Positions 18,873-28,589 of a stretch of 64,000 nt of DNA are shown here, in pieces. The DNA comes from an uncultured Poribacteria bacterium (GTDB taxonomy: Bacteria > Poribacteria > WGA-4E > WGA-3G): assembly GCA_958296135.2 (NCBI GenBank), contig CATQHZ020000001.1, positions 2,496,001 to 2,560,000 on the forward strand, written 5' to 3'. The notes beneath the pieces were generated by a model that was given only the letters and a program-made list of their open reading frames with translations, was not told where the DNA came from and did not search any database. Made by a program: the position numbers and the translations under genes. The stretch's first letter is position 1. Every line of letters begins with the position of its first letter.

Positions 18873-19169
18873 TTACCGCTGTTGCGTCGTGACACGTTTG
18901 GCATCAGATTCGATCATCTGCTTTACCATGTCGCCTTCAGGGAGTTTCCCTTGCAGGACGAAGAACATCAACAGCGCGTAGATAACGAGCGATTCAATGA
19001 GTGCCAAACCGATGATCATCGCGGTCTGGATTTGGGGAGCGGATTCAGGTTGACGAGCGATTCCCTCAAGCGCAGTGCTGGTAGCTCTGCCTTGAGCAGT
19101 CGATGCGAAAATCACGGCAATTGGCAGGCCAAGCGTCACGCCAAATGCCAAAACAGCTAGATAAATCAT
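18873..19169 (-). CDS. atpE: ATP synthase Fo c subunit
   Basis: ARQPE loop; GLALIESLVIY. Confidence 0.95.
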   Translation of the reverse strand: MIYLAVLAFGVTLGLPIAVIFASTAQGRATSTALEGIARQPESAPQIQTAMIIGLALIESLVIYALLMFFVLQGKLPEGDMVKQMIESDAKRVTTQQR

Positions 19170-19218
19170 TATCAAAAAGCCTCCTTAAACTTTCGGGACG
19201 AAGCCCCCTTATCAACAA

Positions 19219-20046
19219 TCAATGATGCGCTTCAGCACCGTGTGCATCCGCGCCGTGCTCTACAAACAGCACAATGTAAATTGAGGTTAAAATGGTGAAG
19301 ACGAACGCCTGCAGAAAACCGCCGAACAATCCGAAGAAAAGCATCGGGACTTGAACGGGTAAAAAGGGAATCGAGGCAATCGTCACGATGAGCCCCAGTT
19401 TGGTGAGCTCAATAATAACCGATTCTTCCCCGAAAATATTCCCGAAGAGCCGAATAGCAAGCGAGCCCGCGCGTGAGAGCTGCGCAATCACTTCTAGCGG
19501 GAACATCAGAACACCCAGCCACGGCGGAGACCCGATGAGATGCTTCAGATAGCCGCCGAGCCCGTTTTCTTTAATGGCGATGATTTGAACGCCAAGCACG
19601 GCTGTAATGCCGAGGGCGAGCGTGGTATTCAGATCGGCTGTCGGAGACTGAAAACCGGGTATCAATCCTAGGTAATTCAGTGTGATAATGAAAATGAAAT
19701 AGGAACCTACGAACGGCACATACTTTTTCCCATGTTCACCGAGGATGCCCCCGAAGAAATCCATTATCCCACCGACAAACAGCTCCAACAGGGTTTGTCC
19801 TTTGCCTTCCGGAATCCGTTTCAGCCGCCGCGTCGCGAAGATGAAAAGCACAACGAGCAGCGCGACCGCGAAGTAGGTATTCGCAATCAGGTCTGGTTGA
19901 TGCCAGCGTCCTGGTTCCGGAATAATATGATTCGGCAGCACATCCGAAAGCGGCTTGAGCCAAGAACGGTGCGCGTCTTCCGCCGCCCATCCGAGACTTG
20001 CAACGCTAATTCCGAAAACTAAAAAGATACACAAGCGTTTTGTCAT
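19219..20046 (-). CDS. atpB: ATP synthase Fo a subunit
   Basis: PTADLNTT, SLAIRLFGNI, LQAFVFTILT..YI. Confidence 0.95.
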   Translation of the reverse strand: MTKRLCIFLVFGISVASLGWAAEDAHRSWLKPLSDVLPNHIIPEPGRWHQPDLIANTYFAVALLVVLFIFATRRLKRIPEGKGQTLLELFVGGIMDFFGGILGEHGKKYVPFVGSYFIFIITLNYLGLIPGFQSPTADLNTTLALGITAVLGVQIIAIKENGLGGYLKHLIGSPPWLGVLMFPLEVIAQLSRAGSLAIRLFGNIFGEESVIIELTKLGLIVTIASIPFLPVQVPMLFFGLFGGFLQAFVFTILTSIYIVLFVEHGADAHGAEAHH

Positions 20047-20136
20047 TTTTCGTTTTCCAAGACAGATGCAGAACTTATCCGGTAGGCGTGCTTACAAAGC
20101 GCGCCCCCGGGGAGAATTAGGGAATTTGCGTCCATC

Positions 20137-20532
20137 CTATTTCGTGTTTGAGAAGTGTGATACGATGAGCCCCATCGCTTTAAAGATGATTGCAATTTGC
20201 GTTAAGGCAATCCCGCCGGCGAGGGCATAGTCGTTACGCCACTCCATTTTAAAGAGCAGGTAGAGGCACCCGCCAAGCACCGCATACTTGCCGAACGCGA
20301 TTGCACCGAGCAGGTATTTCGTCTTCTTCGAGCTCCCTGGGCGGACAAGCCTGCGGACAACGAACTCTACAGACCAGAGCATGCTCAGGCTGATAGCACT
20401 GCCGATGAGAAAACTCGGCACCGCGCTCCGGTGGAGCCAGAAAAGTAGCCCGGCAATCAGCACCGTGAAGGTGATGCTCAAAATATAGATGTGGCGGATA
20501 AACCGGTCATCCACTTCAAAAGCAGAATTCAT
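20137..20532 (-). CDS. atpI: ATP synthase subunit I-like membrane protein
   Basis: Four hydrophobic segments directly upstream of atpB. Confidence 0.7.
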   Translation of the reverse strand: MNSAFEVDDRFIRHIYILSITFTVLIAGLLFWLHRSAVPSFLIGSAISLSMLWSVEFVVRRLVRPGSSKKTKYLLGAIAFGKYAVLGGCLYLLFKMEWRNDYALAGGIALTQIAIIFKAMGLIVSHFSNTK

Positions 20533-20822
20533 TCAGGCGGGTCCTTCTGTTCCCGACGTTTTTCCGCACGCCGCTGTTTTTCTAGCCGTTCAAGTTGTCG
20601 GTTCCATCGCGCTACGGCGCGGAACATTTCCATGAACCCCGCTGTAACGCCCATGCCGAAACCGATGAACAAGCCAACCGTTTCGTTGCCTAATTTTCCG
20701 CCCAGCCACTTGCCGCCGAACGTACCGATGCCGATCGCCAACGCAAGCGTCAGCCCTATCGAGGCAAGGTCGAACATGCCGATATTCTCGTGTTTGAGTT
20801 GTTTCAGCCGACGCTTAAACAT
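20529..20822 (-). CDS. AtpZ/AtpI family protein
   Basis: SIGLTLALAIGIGTFGGKWL...GFGMGVTAGF pattern; first gene of the operon. Confidence 0.8.
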   Translation of the reverse strand: MFKRRLKQLKHENIGMFDLASIGLTLALAIGIGTFGGKWLGGKLGNETVGLFIGFGMGVTAGFMEMFRAVARWNRQLERLEKQRRAEKRREQKDPPE

Positions 20823-20979
20823 GGCACACCCTCTCTCAAAGAAAACTCCTCGGTAGGCTCGCTTTCTAATCGCGCCTCGCGGACTGGCCTGTAAGGGCGG
20901 ATGTCCATATCCGCCAATCAAATAGAGAAAATGGAACCCTGAACAGCCCTATTCCGTTCCACATTAGACGACGCTATAT

Positions 20980-21008
20980 ATTATACCACAAGAATTAAGA
21001 AAATGCAA
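20980..21008 (-). promoter_or_regulatory. Housekeeping sigma-70 promoter of the atp operon
   Basis: TTGCAT-N17-TATAAT. Confidence 0.7.
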
Positions 21009-21051
21009 AAAAATCTTGCAAGATTTTTCCGAAACGCGCATTTATCAGCAC

Positions 21052-24000
21052 TTATATCGGAAATTGCCCAATTTCCGCCATCAACCGGAGCGTCTCTGCG
21101 ACTGCAACTAAAAGCTGCTGATACTGCCGAATCTCCGAGAGACTGAGCGGTGTATGCTTCCGCTCCTTCAACCACCTGTCACAGACCTGATACGCGCCAA
21201 TCTCAAATTCCCAAACATCCGCCGGTACATCCGCAAAGTGCTGTATCTGATTAATCCAAACCTTTCCATCGCGGTAACCATACTTTGCAACAACGCTGTC
21301 CCCCTCCCCTTCAAACCGATGCCGCGCTGTTTGAGTCGGCACATTGCGCAACAGATGCATGTCAATCAACGCACAGCCGAGTGCCGACAACTTCCGGAAC
21401 ACGTCGACAGTTGTCGGCATCGGAATGCGCGGGAAGTCGTATTTCAGAAAATCGTAATAGCGTTTGCGATAGACAGGACTGTGCAAAACGGCGTAGAGGT
21501 AACCGAGGATAGCCTCCGGTGAAACCCCTGTCGGTGTGCCAAAAGGCGCAGCCTGTGGAAGCCCCAGTTTCACCGAAAACGCCTCAAGAAATGCCGGTTT
21601 GAAGTTGAGAGAACGTTCCGAAGCGAGCTCCAACTCCTCTCGCACTGGATAGAGATAAAGTGGGAACACGTGAGCACCTTCGTTACCGCGAGTTGAGAGA
21701 CAACTATTCACGGTAACCTGAGCTGTCACGAGAACATGCTTCCATGCCGGACTCGGCACACCAAAACAGACGCAAAGCGCAAGGTTCTCCAACAACAGAT
21801 GTCTCATCGTCTTATAGGATGGCGTATTGTGAAATCCCTTTGACTTGCCTGTGTAATAAGTAAACCGCGTATCAAACGGACGGTAGCGGATAGGCACAAT
21901 GTGATTTTCGGTATCTGGGTGATTACGAAGATCGGCTTGGGCAGCGGCAATTTGCCACGAAGTGGTATCCCGGCGCAATTGATACCTACCCCGTGCTTCT
22001 TCCTCAGAGAGTGACACAAAATCGGTAACGACATCGCGCACCGCTTCCGGCGTGTGATGAATCGTGAATTTATCCCGCGCCGTGATAACACCGGCTGAAT
22101 GCACTTGAAAAATATCGGTAACCTTCAAGCCCTCCTCGTACTCTGCGCGCCGCGCCGTATCTTGTGGAACAAACAGATACAGCGATGAGGTGGGGTGGAG
22201 TTCTGTCCACTGAGTGTTTTGGACATCACTATCCGACAGCGTTTGGTATTTTTCTGCGCGGCTACCCCATAAATCAGCATAAAAGACCTTCGCCAAATCG
22301 GCGTTATCACGCTCCTTGACACACAGCAGAATCGATACCCCCTGTTGGATGTTAAAGACATTCTCGTCCTTTTTTTCTGTCGGGATAGCCTCTTTTATGA
22401 TGCTACTTCCGTGAAGATTGAAAAGATAGAGAGCATTGAAACTGTTCAACAAACTCTGCCGCATGCCGCTAAAGTCAGTGCCATCAAGGAAGCCGTTGTT
22501 GACGATATAGCCGATAACGCCTTCCCCGGTTTGCTCAACGCGCCACTGTGCCCAGCGGATAAACTTCACGTAATCCGCCTGAAGCGCGCCCCGAGTCTTC
22601 AACCGCTCGCCATCTACTTTTTTGTAATCCTCAATAAGCCTTCCGATAAAGGTTAACTTACCCTTAACACGGCTTGGGTTGGTAGAAGCCTCAGTATAAG
22701 GAGGATTACCAATAATCGCGAGAACAGGCGCGTCCTTTTTCACCGAAACTGCCGCGTTCGCCTCATCCGAAATGAAGCCCGCAAACGCAAACCGCTCCTT
22801 CTCTATCGGTGCCGCTAGCGTGTTCGTCAGGTAGATGCTGAGACGTTCGTCTCCCGTTGGAGCCCAACCGTTCGCCTGCAGAAAGAGACTCAACGTGAGA
22901 TGCGCAATCGTGTACGGTGCCACCAAGATTTCAAAACCGCAGACCTGTTGGACGAGGTGCTCTCGGATATAGTGCCCCCAGACACCGCTGCCATATTTAT
23001 CGGTAACGTGTTGCCGGATGTGGTTCAGCACGGCCAACAGGAAGCCCCCCGTGCCTGTCGCCGGATCGAGGATGAGCGCGTCTGTATCGGCAAGCCCATC
23101 GGGTTTCTGCAGTTTCGTCTTAAGTAGCGCATCCACGGATCGGACGATGTAAGAGATGACCGGCGGTGGTGTGTAGTAGACACCGCGGGCGGTGCGTCGG
23201 TGCGCATCATACGCCGCGAGGAAGGTTTCATAGAAATGAATAACCGGGTCTGCGTCTAGTAAAAGGCTCCGTTCCGATGAAGGTGGGTTAGCCCCTTCAT
23301 AGCTAGCGTGCGTCTGCACGTCAAACGCCGTGCGAAGCATCTCTGTCGAAACGTTACCGAGGAGGCGCGCGATGTCGTCCAATATCCACGTGATATTGTT
23401 ATGGAGGCGCGGCTGCGCGACTTGATGAAAAAGGCTTTGCAGAAACGGGTTCGATTTGGGGAGTGCCGCTGCGGCCGTTATGCGTGAGAAGTGCGTCGCC
23501 GTTGGCAGCGTGCATCGTGCGGCGAAGAGGCCATAAGCGAGTGTCTGTGCAGACATATCGGCGAAATCGGCCGGTGTTAGCGTGGCGAGGAGCAATTTCT
23601 GAAAGGCGGAAAAGATTTGATAGATGTCGCTAGCTTCGTCCTTCAAAGCGGCGGCGATTTGGGTTTGGAGTTCGCGCGTGCGGCGCGCGAGGTAGTTTGC
23701 AAGTGCCGCTGGCGTTGCGAGTGGCACCGGGGTTGCGCTGAAGAAGCGATTCAACAGCGTCTCACATTCAGCCTCGGGGCCTGAGAGGCTTGCTTTTGCG
23801 CGCAGCGTGCCATCGGTATACAGCCGAAATTCGACGAAGTTGGTAAGGATAAAGTTGTCGAGGTTCTCAATGAAGCGTTGATTCTGCGCTTTGGCGTGGC
23901 CGGTGAGTGCATCCAGGGCTGTGCCATAAGCCTCCGCTTCAATGTAACCGATAGGGAATTCGCCTCTGCGCGCGATGAAATCCGGTCTGCCGATTTCACC

Positions 24001-24159
24001 GAGTTTCCGCGGTTCTTGGGTAATCGTCATGTCAGGCGAGAGATTTTCCAAGAACGTCTTCAGGTGCGGCAGCAGCGAGAGCTCTGGTGTGGCATACACG
24101 CTTTCACGCGTGCTGTTGATAGTTTGCAAATAGGTGTGGCAGAGACGTTGAAAATCCAT
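21052..24159 (-). CDS. Fused restriction-modification-like protein: N-terminal nuclease-like domain, N6-adenine MTase, type ISP-like C-terminal specificity domain
   Basis: GRPDF..GYIEAE; RGVYYTP; LDPATGTGGF; IGNPPY; YRPFD; FEIGAYQVCDRWLKER. Confidence 0.88.
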   Translation of the reverse strand: MDFQRLCHTYLQTINSTRESVYATPELSLLPHLKTFLENLSPDMTITQEPRKLGEIGRPDFIARRGEFPIGYIEAEAYGTALDALTGHAKAQNQRFIENLDNFILTNFVEFRLYTDGTLRAKASLSGPEAECETLLNRFFSATPVPLATPAALANYLARRTRELQTQIAAALKDEASDIYQIFSAFQKLLLATLTPADFADMSAQTLAYGLFAARCTLPTATHFSRITAAAALPKSNPFLQSLFHQVAQPRLHNNITWILDDIARLLGNVSTEMLRTAFDVQTHASYEGANPPSSERSLLLDADPVIHFYETFLAAYDAHRRTARGVYYTPPPVISYIVRSVDALLKTKLQKPDGLADTDALILDPATGTGGFLLAVLNHIRQHVTDKYGSGVWGHYIREHLVQQVCGFEILVAPYTIAHLTLSLFLQANGWAPTGDERLSIYLTNTLAAPIEKERFAFAGFISDEANAAVSVKKDAPVLAIIGNPPYTEASTNPSRVKGKLTFIGRLIEDYKKVDGERLKTRGALQADYVKFIRWAQWRVEQTGEGVIGYIVNNGFLDGTDFSGMRQSLLNSFNALYLFNLHGSSIIKEAIPTEKKDENVFNIQQGVSILLCVKERDNADLAKVFYADLWGSRAEKYQTLSDSDVQNTQWTELHPTSSLYLFVPQDTARRAEYEEGLKVTDIFQVHSAGVITARDKFTIHHTPEAVRDVVTDFVSLSEEEARGRYQLRRDTTSWQIAAAQADLRNHPDTENHIVPIRYRPFDTRFTYYTGKSKGFHNTPSYKTMRHLLLENLALCVCFGVPSPAWKHVLVTAQVTVNSCLSTRGNEGAHVFPLYLYPVREELELASERSLNFKPAFLEAFSVKLGLPQAAPFGTPTGVSPEAILGYLYAVLHSPVYRKRYYDFLKYDFPRIPMPTTVDVFRKLSALGCALIDMHLLRNVPTQTARHRFEGEGDSVVAKYGYRDGKVWINQIQHFADVPADVWEFEIGAYQVCDRWLKERKHTPLSLSEIRQYQQLLVAVAETLRLMAEIGQFPI

Positions 24160-24169
24160 ATTATCATGC

Positions 24170-24199
24170 ATTATAGCCGCAAACGTTTTTAATTGTCAA
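24170..24199 (-). promoter_or_regulatory. Sigma-70 promoter of the RM-like gene (near-leaderless transcript)
   Basis: TTGACA-N18-TATAAT ending ~10 nt before ATG 24159. Confidence 0.65.
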
Positions 24200-24290
24200 C
24201 GTTGTTTTCTTTATTATGCGATGCCATTTTATGTTATCATAGTTACCAAGGCTTCTCAACGTAGGGCGGGGGCCTGTCCCGCGCCATGCC

Positions 24291-24430
24291 AAGCAAAACC
24301 TTCCATCTGGGAGCAAGATGCGTCCAGCACTTGTTGTGCAGGCAGACGCATGGAACCGCGCACTTTTCCATACTATTCTTGCTCCCATCACGAGTAGCCC
24401 CCGACAGATGGTTGGAGTTCCGACAATGTT
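24291..24430 (+). pseudogene. PemK/MazF toxin gene fragment
   Basis: GSKMRPALVVQADAWN...TILAPITS matches the MazF signature; 5' end replaced by a REP at 24261-24290. Confidence 0.65.
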
Positions 24431-24431
24431 A

Positions 24432-24761
24432 TCAAAATCCGGGTTCGCCGTGCCGATGAGCCGGAGTTGCGAGGTGAAGCGCGACGTAGACAGCTGTGTC
24501 CGTATAAACGAACCAGACGGCAGACTGACTCTTCGCCAGTTTTTCGGTGCGCTCATCGGTGAAACCGACACCTTGCGGCGCATCTTGCCAGCAGGTATTG
24601 TTGAGGGCCCCATCTATCGTCGGTGGATGTTCGGTTTTGCGCGCCGGGAGTGCTTTCCGAACCGTTTGTTGGCTACCAAGACCGGAGGCCCCGCCTACAG
24701 CTGCAATCGCGTGAATAGGGAACAGAGACAGCGCGATGAGCAGCGTGAATGCGAATCTCAT
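24432..24761 (-). pseudogene. 5' fragment of a secreted CBM9/DUF5916-like protein
   Basis: Signal peptide then PPTIDGALNNTCWQDAP...VYTDTAVYVA; ends prematurely. Confidence 0.6.
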
Positions 24762-25591
24762 TCTTCTCCCTCCTCGCCCAGATATTGCAGCGGATTCTCC
24801 ACAATGTAGTCCCCAGAATCTACCAGAAATTGCTGCACGAGATACACGTGGCCCGCGCCGATAATCAGCAAAATCCGGTCATCGGCAGACTCCGTGATGC
24901 GCGTCAGATTGACGAAGATTTTGAGATTTCTATCATACCAAGAATGCGACACCCAATTCGCCCGCGGATATTGCGTGCCTACCCCAATACGCGCCTCCCT
25001 CAAGTATTGATGATGGTCCGCGAGCAGGGCCTCCGATTGGTTCAGCCGCCGATACATCTCAAGCAGCGATTCGTATTTGTCGGGTTCAATCCACGTCGTC
25101 CCATCGGCATCCTGAACCATTTTGCCTTCGGTAGCCGGTGGACTATAGAGGAGATGCACCTGATTGTTGGCTTTGGCGATTGCCTCAAGGTCTCGCCCGA
25201 AAGCCTCCCTAAGTTCCCCAAGGAGTGCCCAAAAAGGATCATCGCTGGGGAAATAATCAACGCAGTAAACCTTCGGATGCCCGAACAGTTTTGCGAGGCG
25301 GAAGCCGATCTGCTCGTCTTCACCCCGCTTGAGTTCGTATGTCCCATTCAGATATCCCTGATAGTTCGCTTGCACCTCTGCGTCAAACCGCGCTTCATCT
25401 ACTTCCAAAGCGATCTTCGTCGGATTGAACGTCTTGAGGCGTTGCACGAGATGCTCAATTTCAGCTTGGCGTTTCGGCGCAAGGACATCATCCATTTTCA
25501 GGTTGAATACGTCCGCTCCCGGGTTTGCCAGATGCGCACTGCCAAGAATCATGACTGTCGGTTTCATCGATAAAATATCTCCTTCAGACAT
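24758..25591 (-). CDS. DUF5694-like protein
   Basis: VMILGSAHLANPG.D, FNPTKIALE, WYDRNLKIFVNL, RILLIIGAGH. Confidence 0.75.
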   Translation of the reverse strand: MSEGDILSMKPTVMILGSAHLANPGADVFNLKMDDVLAPKRQAEIEHLVQRLKTFNPTKIALEVDEARFDAEVQANYQGYLNGTYELKRGEDEQIGFRLAKLFGHPKVYCVDYFPSDDPFWALLGELREAFGRDLEAIAKANNQVHLLYSPPATEGKMVQDADGTTWIEPDKYESLLEMYRRLNQSEALLADHHQYLREARIGVGTQYPRANWVSHSWYDRNLKIFVNLTRITESADDRILLIIGAGHVYLVQQFLVDSGDYIVENPLQYLGEEGEE

Positions 25592-25706
25592 TAAGGTTCA
25601 GGTTTTTGTCAACTTATTTTTCATTGCTCAGTCCCACAACCGTCAGAAAACCGTCAGCGAAAGTAGACCGTGGGACAGTCTCGGCATCGTGTCGCTCATT
25701 TGCTGC

Positions 25707-25964
25707 TTATGCCTTCTGCGCCACCATGCTCGCGAGGATACCGAGGATTTTGGCGCACTGCCGGATAGGGTAGCCCTCCAGATCGATGTGCAGATGCCTT
25801 TCCGCCAATTTGAGGAATTGCCACTCCCTGCCTGTAGTCGTAACACCATAAATGCAAGGGATGTCATTCCCTCTTTGAGCGTTAAAGCGTTGTGCGGCGA
25901 TCATTTCGGCGGCACACTGCCCGCGCCCGATTTTAATTATGCCACGTTTATGCCGCAATTGCAA
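25707..25964 (-). pseudogene. 3' fragment of a PD-(D/E)XK-like hypothetical protein
   Basis: GQCAAEMIAAQRFN...IYGVTTTG..WQFLKL; no N-terminal half; REP-like sequence at 25972-26025. Confidence 0.55.
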
Positions 25965-26250
25965 GTCGCTTGTATCGGGACCGGGAGTTCCCTCCTACCG
26001 CCCACCGGGGACATCGCGACTAGGCAAATGGCCCGATGCAATTCTGAAACTTCATTCGATTTGAATCTACAGAGATGAGACGATTCAAATGCGGTTGATA
26101 TTAGTAACGAATAGCATTGCTGCAGTCGGTGGAAACCCCTTGTCCTCGCGTTCCTGCAAGCAATGATAAGTGTCTATCAAATTGCCAAAACGGTATCTTT
26201 TGTTGCCAAAAGGCTCCTCGGATCCCACTGCGAAAAACAAGCCCCTTGGA

Positions 26251-27549
26251 TTAATCCGAGCGTAAGGCTTCAATTGGGGCGAGCGACGCGGCTTTTATTG
26301 CGGGATACAGCCCAAACGAGAGCCCGATAACCGCCGAAAAGGAGACCGGAATCAAAATCCATGCCGTCGAGAGAACTGCCGGCCATTCCGGGACAATTTT
26401 GACGATTTTGACAGCAAGGAGTGCCATGCCTTCGCCCGCAAGGATGCCTAACAGCACACCGAGCGCGCCCCCAACACTACACAGCACAACAGCTTCCATG
26501 AGAAACTGTAGCAGAATGTCCCGACGCTTTGCACCGAGGGCCCTTCGGAGCCCGATTTCGCGCGTCCGTTCATTCACAGCGACTAACATCATGTTCATAA
26601 TGCCTATGCCGCCAACAAGCAATGAAAAGCCGGCGATGCTACCGAGTGCAATCTTTATCACCTGACTGATTTTTCCCAACTGCGCGATGCCCGCACGCAT
26701 ATTAATGATTTGGACGAAGTCATCTTGGTTTCTGTGCCGCCTCCGGAGGACGGCTTTTACCTCCTCAATCGCCTTCGGAACATCGTCGACAGTATGCGCG
26801 TAGACGATGATTTCCTGAAGCCGACGACTGCCAGTGAAACGTTCTTGCACCGTGGAGAGAGGAATAAAAACAAGGTTATCCAGACTCCATCCGAACCGTA
26901 GGCTTCTCCCTCTCGGCATCATTGTGCCAACAACAGTGAAACGTCGCATAGAGCGCTTCAGCCATTTTCGGTTTTTAATCGTGTAGTCACTGTGTCGTGC
27001 AATTTTAATTTCTTGTCCCAGAGGGGATTTGTCTCCAAAGAGCGTCGTCGCCACCTCATCCCCAAGTACGCAAACTTTCGTTGCGTGCTCCTCATCTTCA
27101 TCGGAGATGAAACGGCCCTCTTTAACGTCCCAATCCATTGCGGTTTGATACGTAGCATCTACGCCATTCCAACCAGCACGGGCTTCCGCACCGCCCGCGG
27201 CTTGGATTAACACGCCTATCCAATTCCCAATCCTCGGGGTGACAGCACTCACAGAGGGACACGCTTCCCATATAGCCAACACATCTCCGTATTCCAAGTA
27301 CTCGTTGCTGCGGTTTCTGACCCACTTGTTCCCTTTCCACTTAGACGCCGAGCGGAACAGGCGAAATTGGTTGGCACCGCCCAATTTCTGCACGTCTTGT
27401 CTCACGATTTCCTTCGCACCATCACCAATCGCTATCATGGCTAACACCGCGGCGACACCGATGACAATGCCAAGCATAGTGAGTAACGAGCGCAACTTGT
27501 TTGCACGGATAGCGGAGAGCCCAATGGAGAACCCATCAATGAAACGCAT
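26251..27549 (-). CDS. MacB/FtsX-family ABC transporter permease
   Basis: NKLRSLLTMLGIVIGV; SLLVGGIGIMNMMLVAVNERTREIGLRRALGA; GLYPA.KAA.L.PIEALR. Confidence 0.93.
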   Translation of the reverse strand: MRFIDGFSIGLSAIRANKLRSLLTMLGIVIGVAAVLAMIAIGDGAKEIVRQDVQKLGGANQFRLFRSASKWKGNKWVRNRSNEYLEYGDVLAIWEACPSVSAVTPRIGNWIGVLIQAAGGAEARAGWNGVDATYQTAMDWDVKEGRFISDEDEEHATKVCVLGDEVATTLFGDKSPLGQEIKIARHSDYTIKNRKWLKRSMRRFTVVGTMMPRGRSLRFGWSLDNLVFIPLSTVQERFTGSRRLQEIIVYAHTVDDVPKAIEEVKAVLRRRHRNQDDFVQIINMRAGIAQLGKISQVIKIALGSIAGFSLLVGGIGIMNMMLVAVNERTREIGLRRALGAKRRDILLQFLMEAVVLCSVGGALGVLLGILAGEGMALLAVKIVKIVPEWPAVLSTAWILIPVSFSAVIGLSFGLYPAIKAASLAPIEALRSD

Positions 27550-27590
27550 TATGATGCCTCCAAAGTTTCCTTTAAGATTCAATATTTAAT

Positions 27591-27606
27591 AGCAATTTCC
27601 GTGCCA
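27591..27606 (-). promoter_or_regulatory. Sigma-54 (-24/-12) promoter
   Basis: TGGCACGGAAATTGCT matches TGGCACG-N4-TTGCW, ~40 nt upstream of the permease start. Confidence 0.7.
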
Positions 27607-27696
27607 CATCGAAAACCTGCACGGTTACGGGATAGTTCCCACGCCGGTTCCGTAAAATTTTTATCAATGTGGAAAGAAACTTTCCACTTCCCCAAC

Positions 27697-27741
27697 AAAA
27701 AAAGCCCCTACCATCGTAGCAGCGTTACGATGGTAGGGGCT
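27697..27741 (-). terminator. Intrinsic terminator after the DUF4252 genes
   Basis: 15-bp stem gcccctaccatcgta/tacgatggtaggggc followed by a T-run on the minus strand. Confidence 0.8.
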
Positions 27742-27750
27742 CCGTGGCTT

Positions 27751-28362
27751 TCAATCTTCCTCATCCGGAGCCTCCTCTTCAGACGAAGCCTCTTTCTTTT
27801 TCTCTTCCTCCAGAGCCATGTCAATCTCTACAACAGGCCCTAAATTCGCAAGCAGCTCCCCGATGCGTTCTGCATCGATGTTGCCCACGATGTTGACGAA
27901 AGTTACCTGTGCAGGTTCAGGTGCCATAACGGCGACAAAGATACCCGAGACAACCTCTTCGTCATAGAGTAGACGGATCTGGATTTTCTCTTTTTCGTTG
28001 TTGAACTTGGCGAGAAGCTCCCACTTCTCCACCTCAAGTCTCTTCTCGTAGTAGGCAATCAAGGCACCCGCATCCACGTCAGCACTCTCGTAGGTGCGCA
28101 CATAGATGCCGGAGAGCATCTCAATTAACTCCGCGGCTTGGGGCTTCGCGCTCACGGACTTCGTGACAAGCGCGATTAATTTTTCAGTCAGGTTGATCTC
28201 AACCATCGGCTCGGGGGCATCGGGACAGTCAAAGAGAATCTGCCCCTGCTGCTTTTCTGCACCCTGTTTTTCGTCATCGGCGATTGCCCCACTTATCGCG
28301 ACGAACGACGCGGTGACGACAACCACCGCGAACATCAAGGACCACGGCTTCATCGGTTTCAT
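27751..28362 (-). CDS. Secreted DUF4252-like protein
   Basis: Signal peptide; VEINL..LIAL, GIYVRTY, FVNIVGNID. Confidence 0.75.
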   Translation of the reverse strand: MKPMKPWSLMFAVVVVTASFVAISGAIADDEKQGAEKQQGQILFDCPDAPEPMVEINLTEKLIALVTKSVSAKPQAAELIEMLSGIYVRTYESADVDAGALIAYYEKRLEVEKWELLAKFNNEKEKIQIRLLYDEEVVSGIFVAVMAPEPAQVTFVNIVGNIDAERIGELLANLGPVVEIDMALEEEKKKEASSEEEAPDEED

Positions 28363-28589
28363 AGATTATTCCTCCACATAATAGACAGAGCCACTTAGTT
28401 TTCGGTTTTGACTACCGAGATGAAAAATGGGCAGCCACCCCGGCCCGCATAGGGAAACCGGTTCTCCCGAGTTTGTCCTGTTTGAGCTCAGGCGAGCACA
28501 AACGACAGAAGGGGAGAACTGAATCGCTCTGACATGATGGAAACCCTGTGGGGCGCGCTTGCAAAGCGTGCCTACAAGGGTTTATTCTC

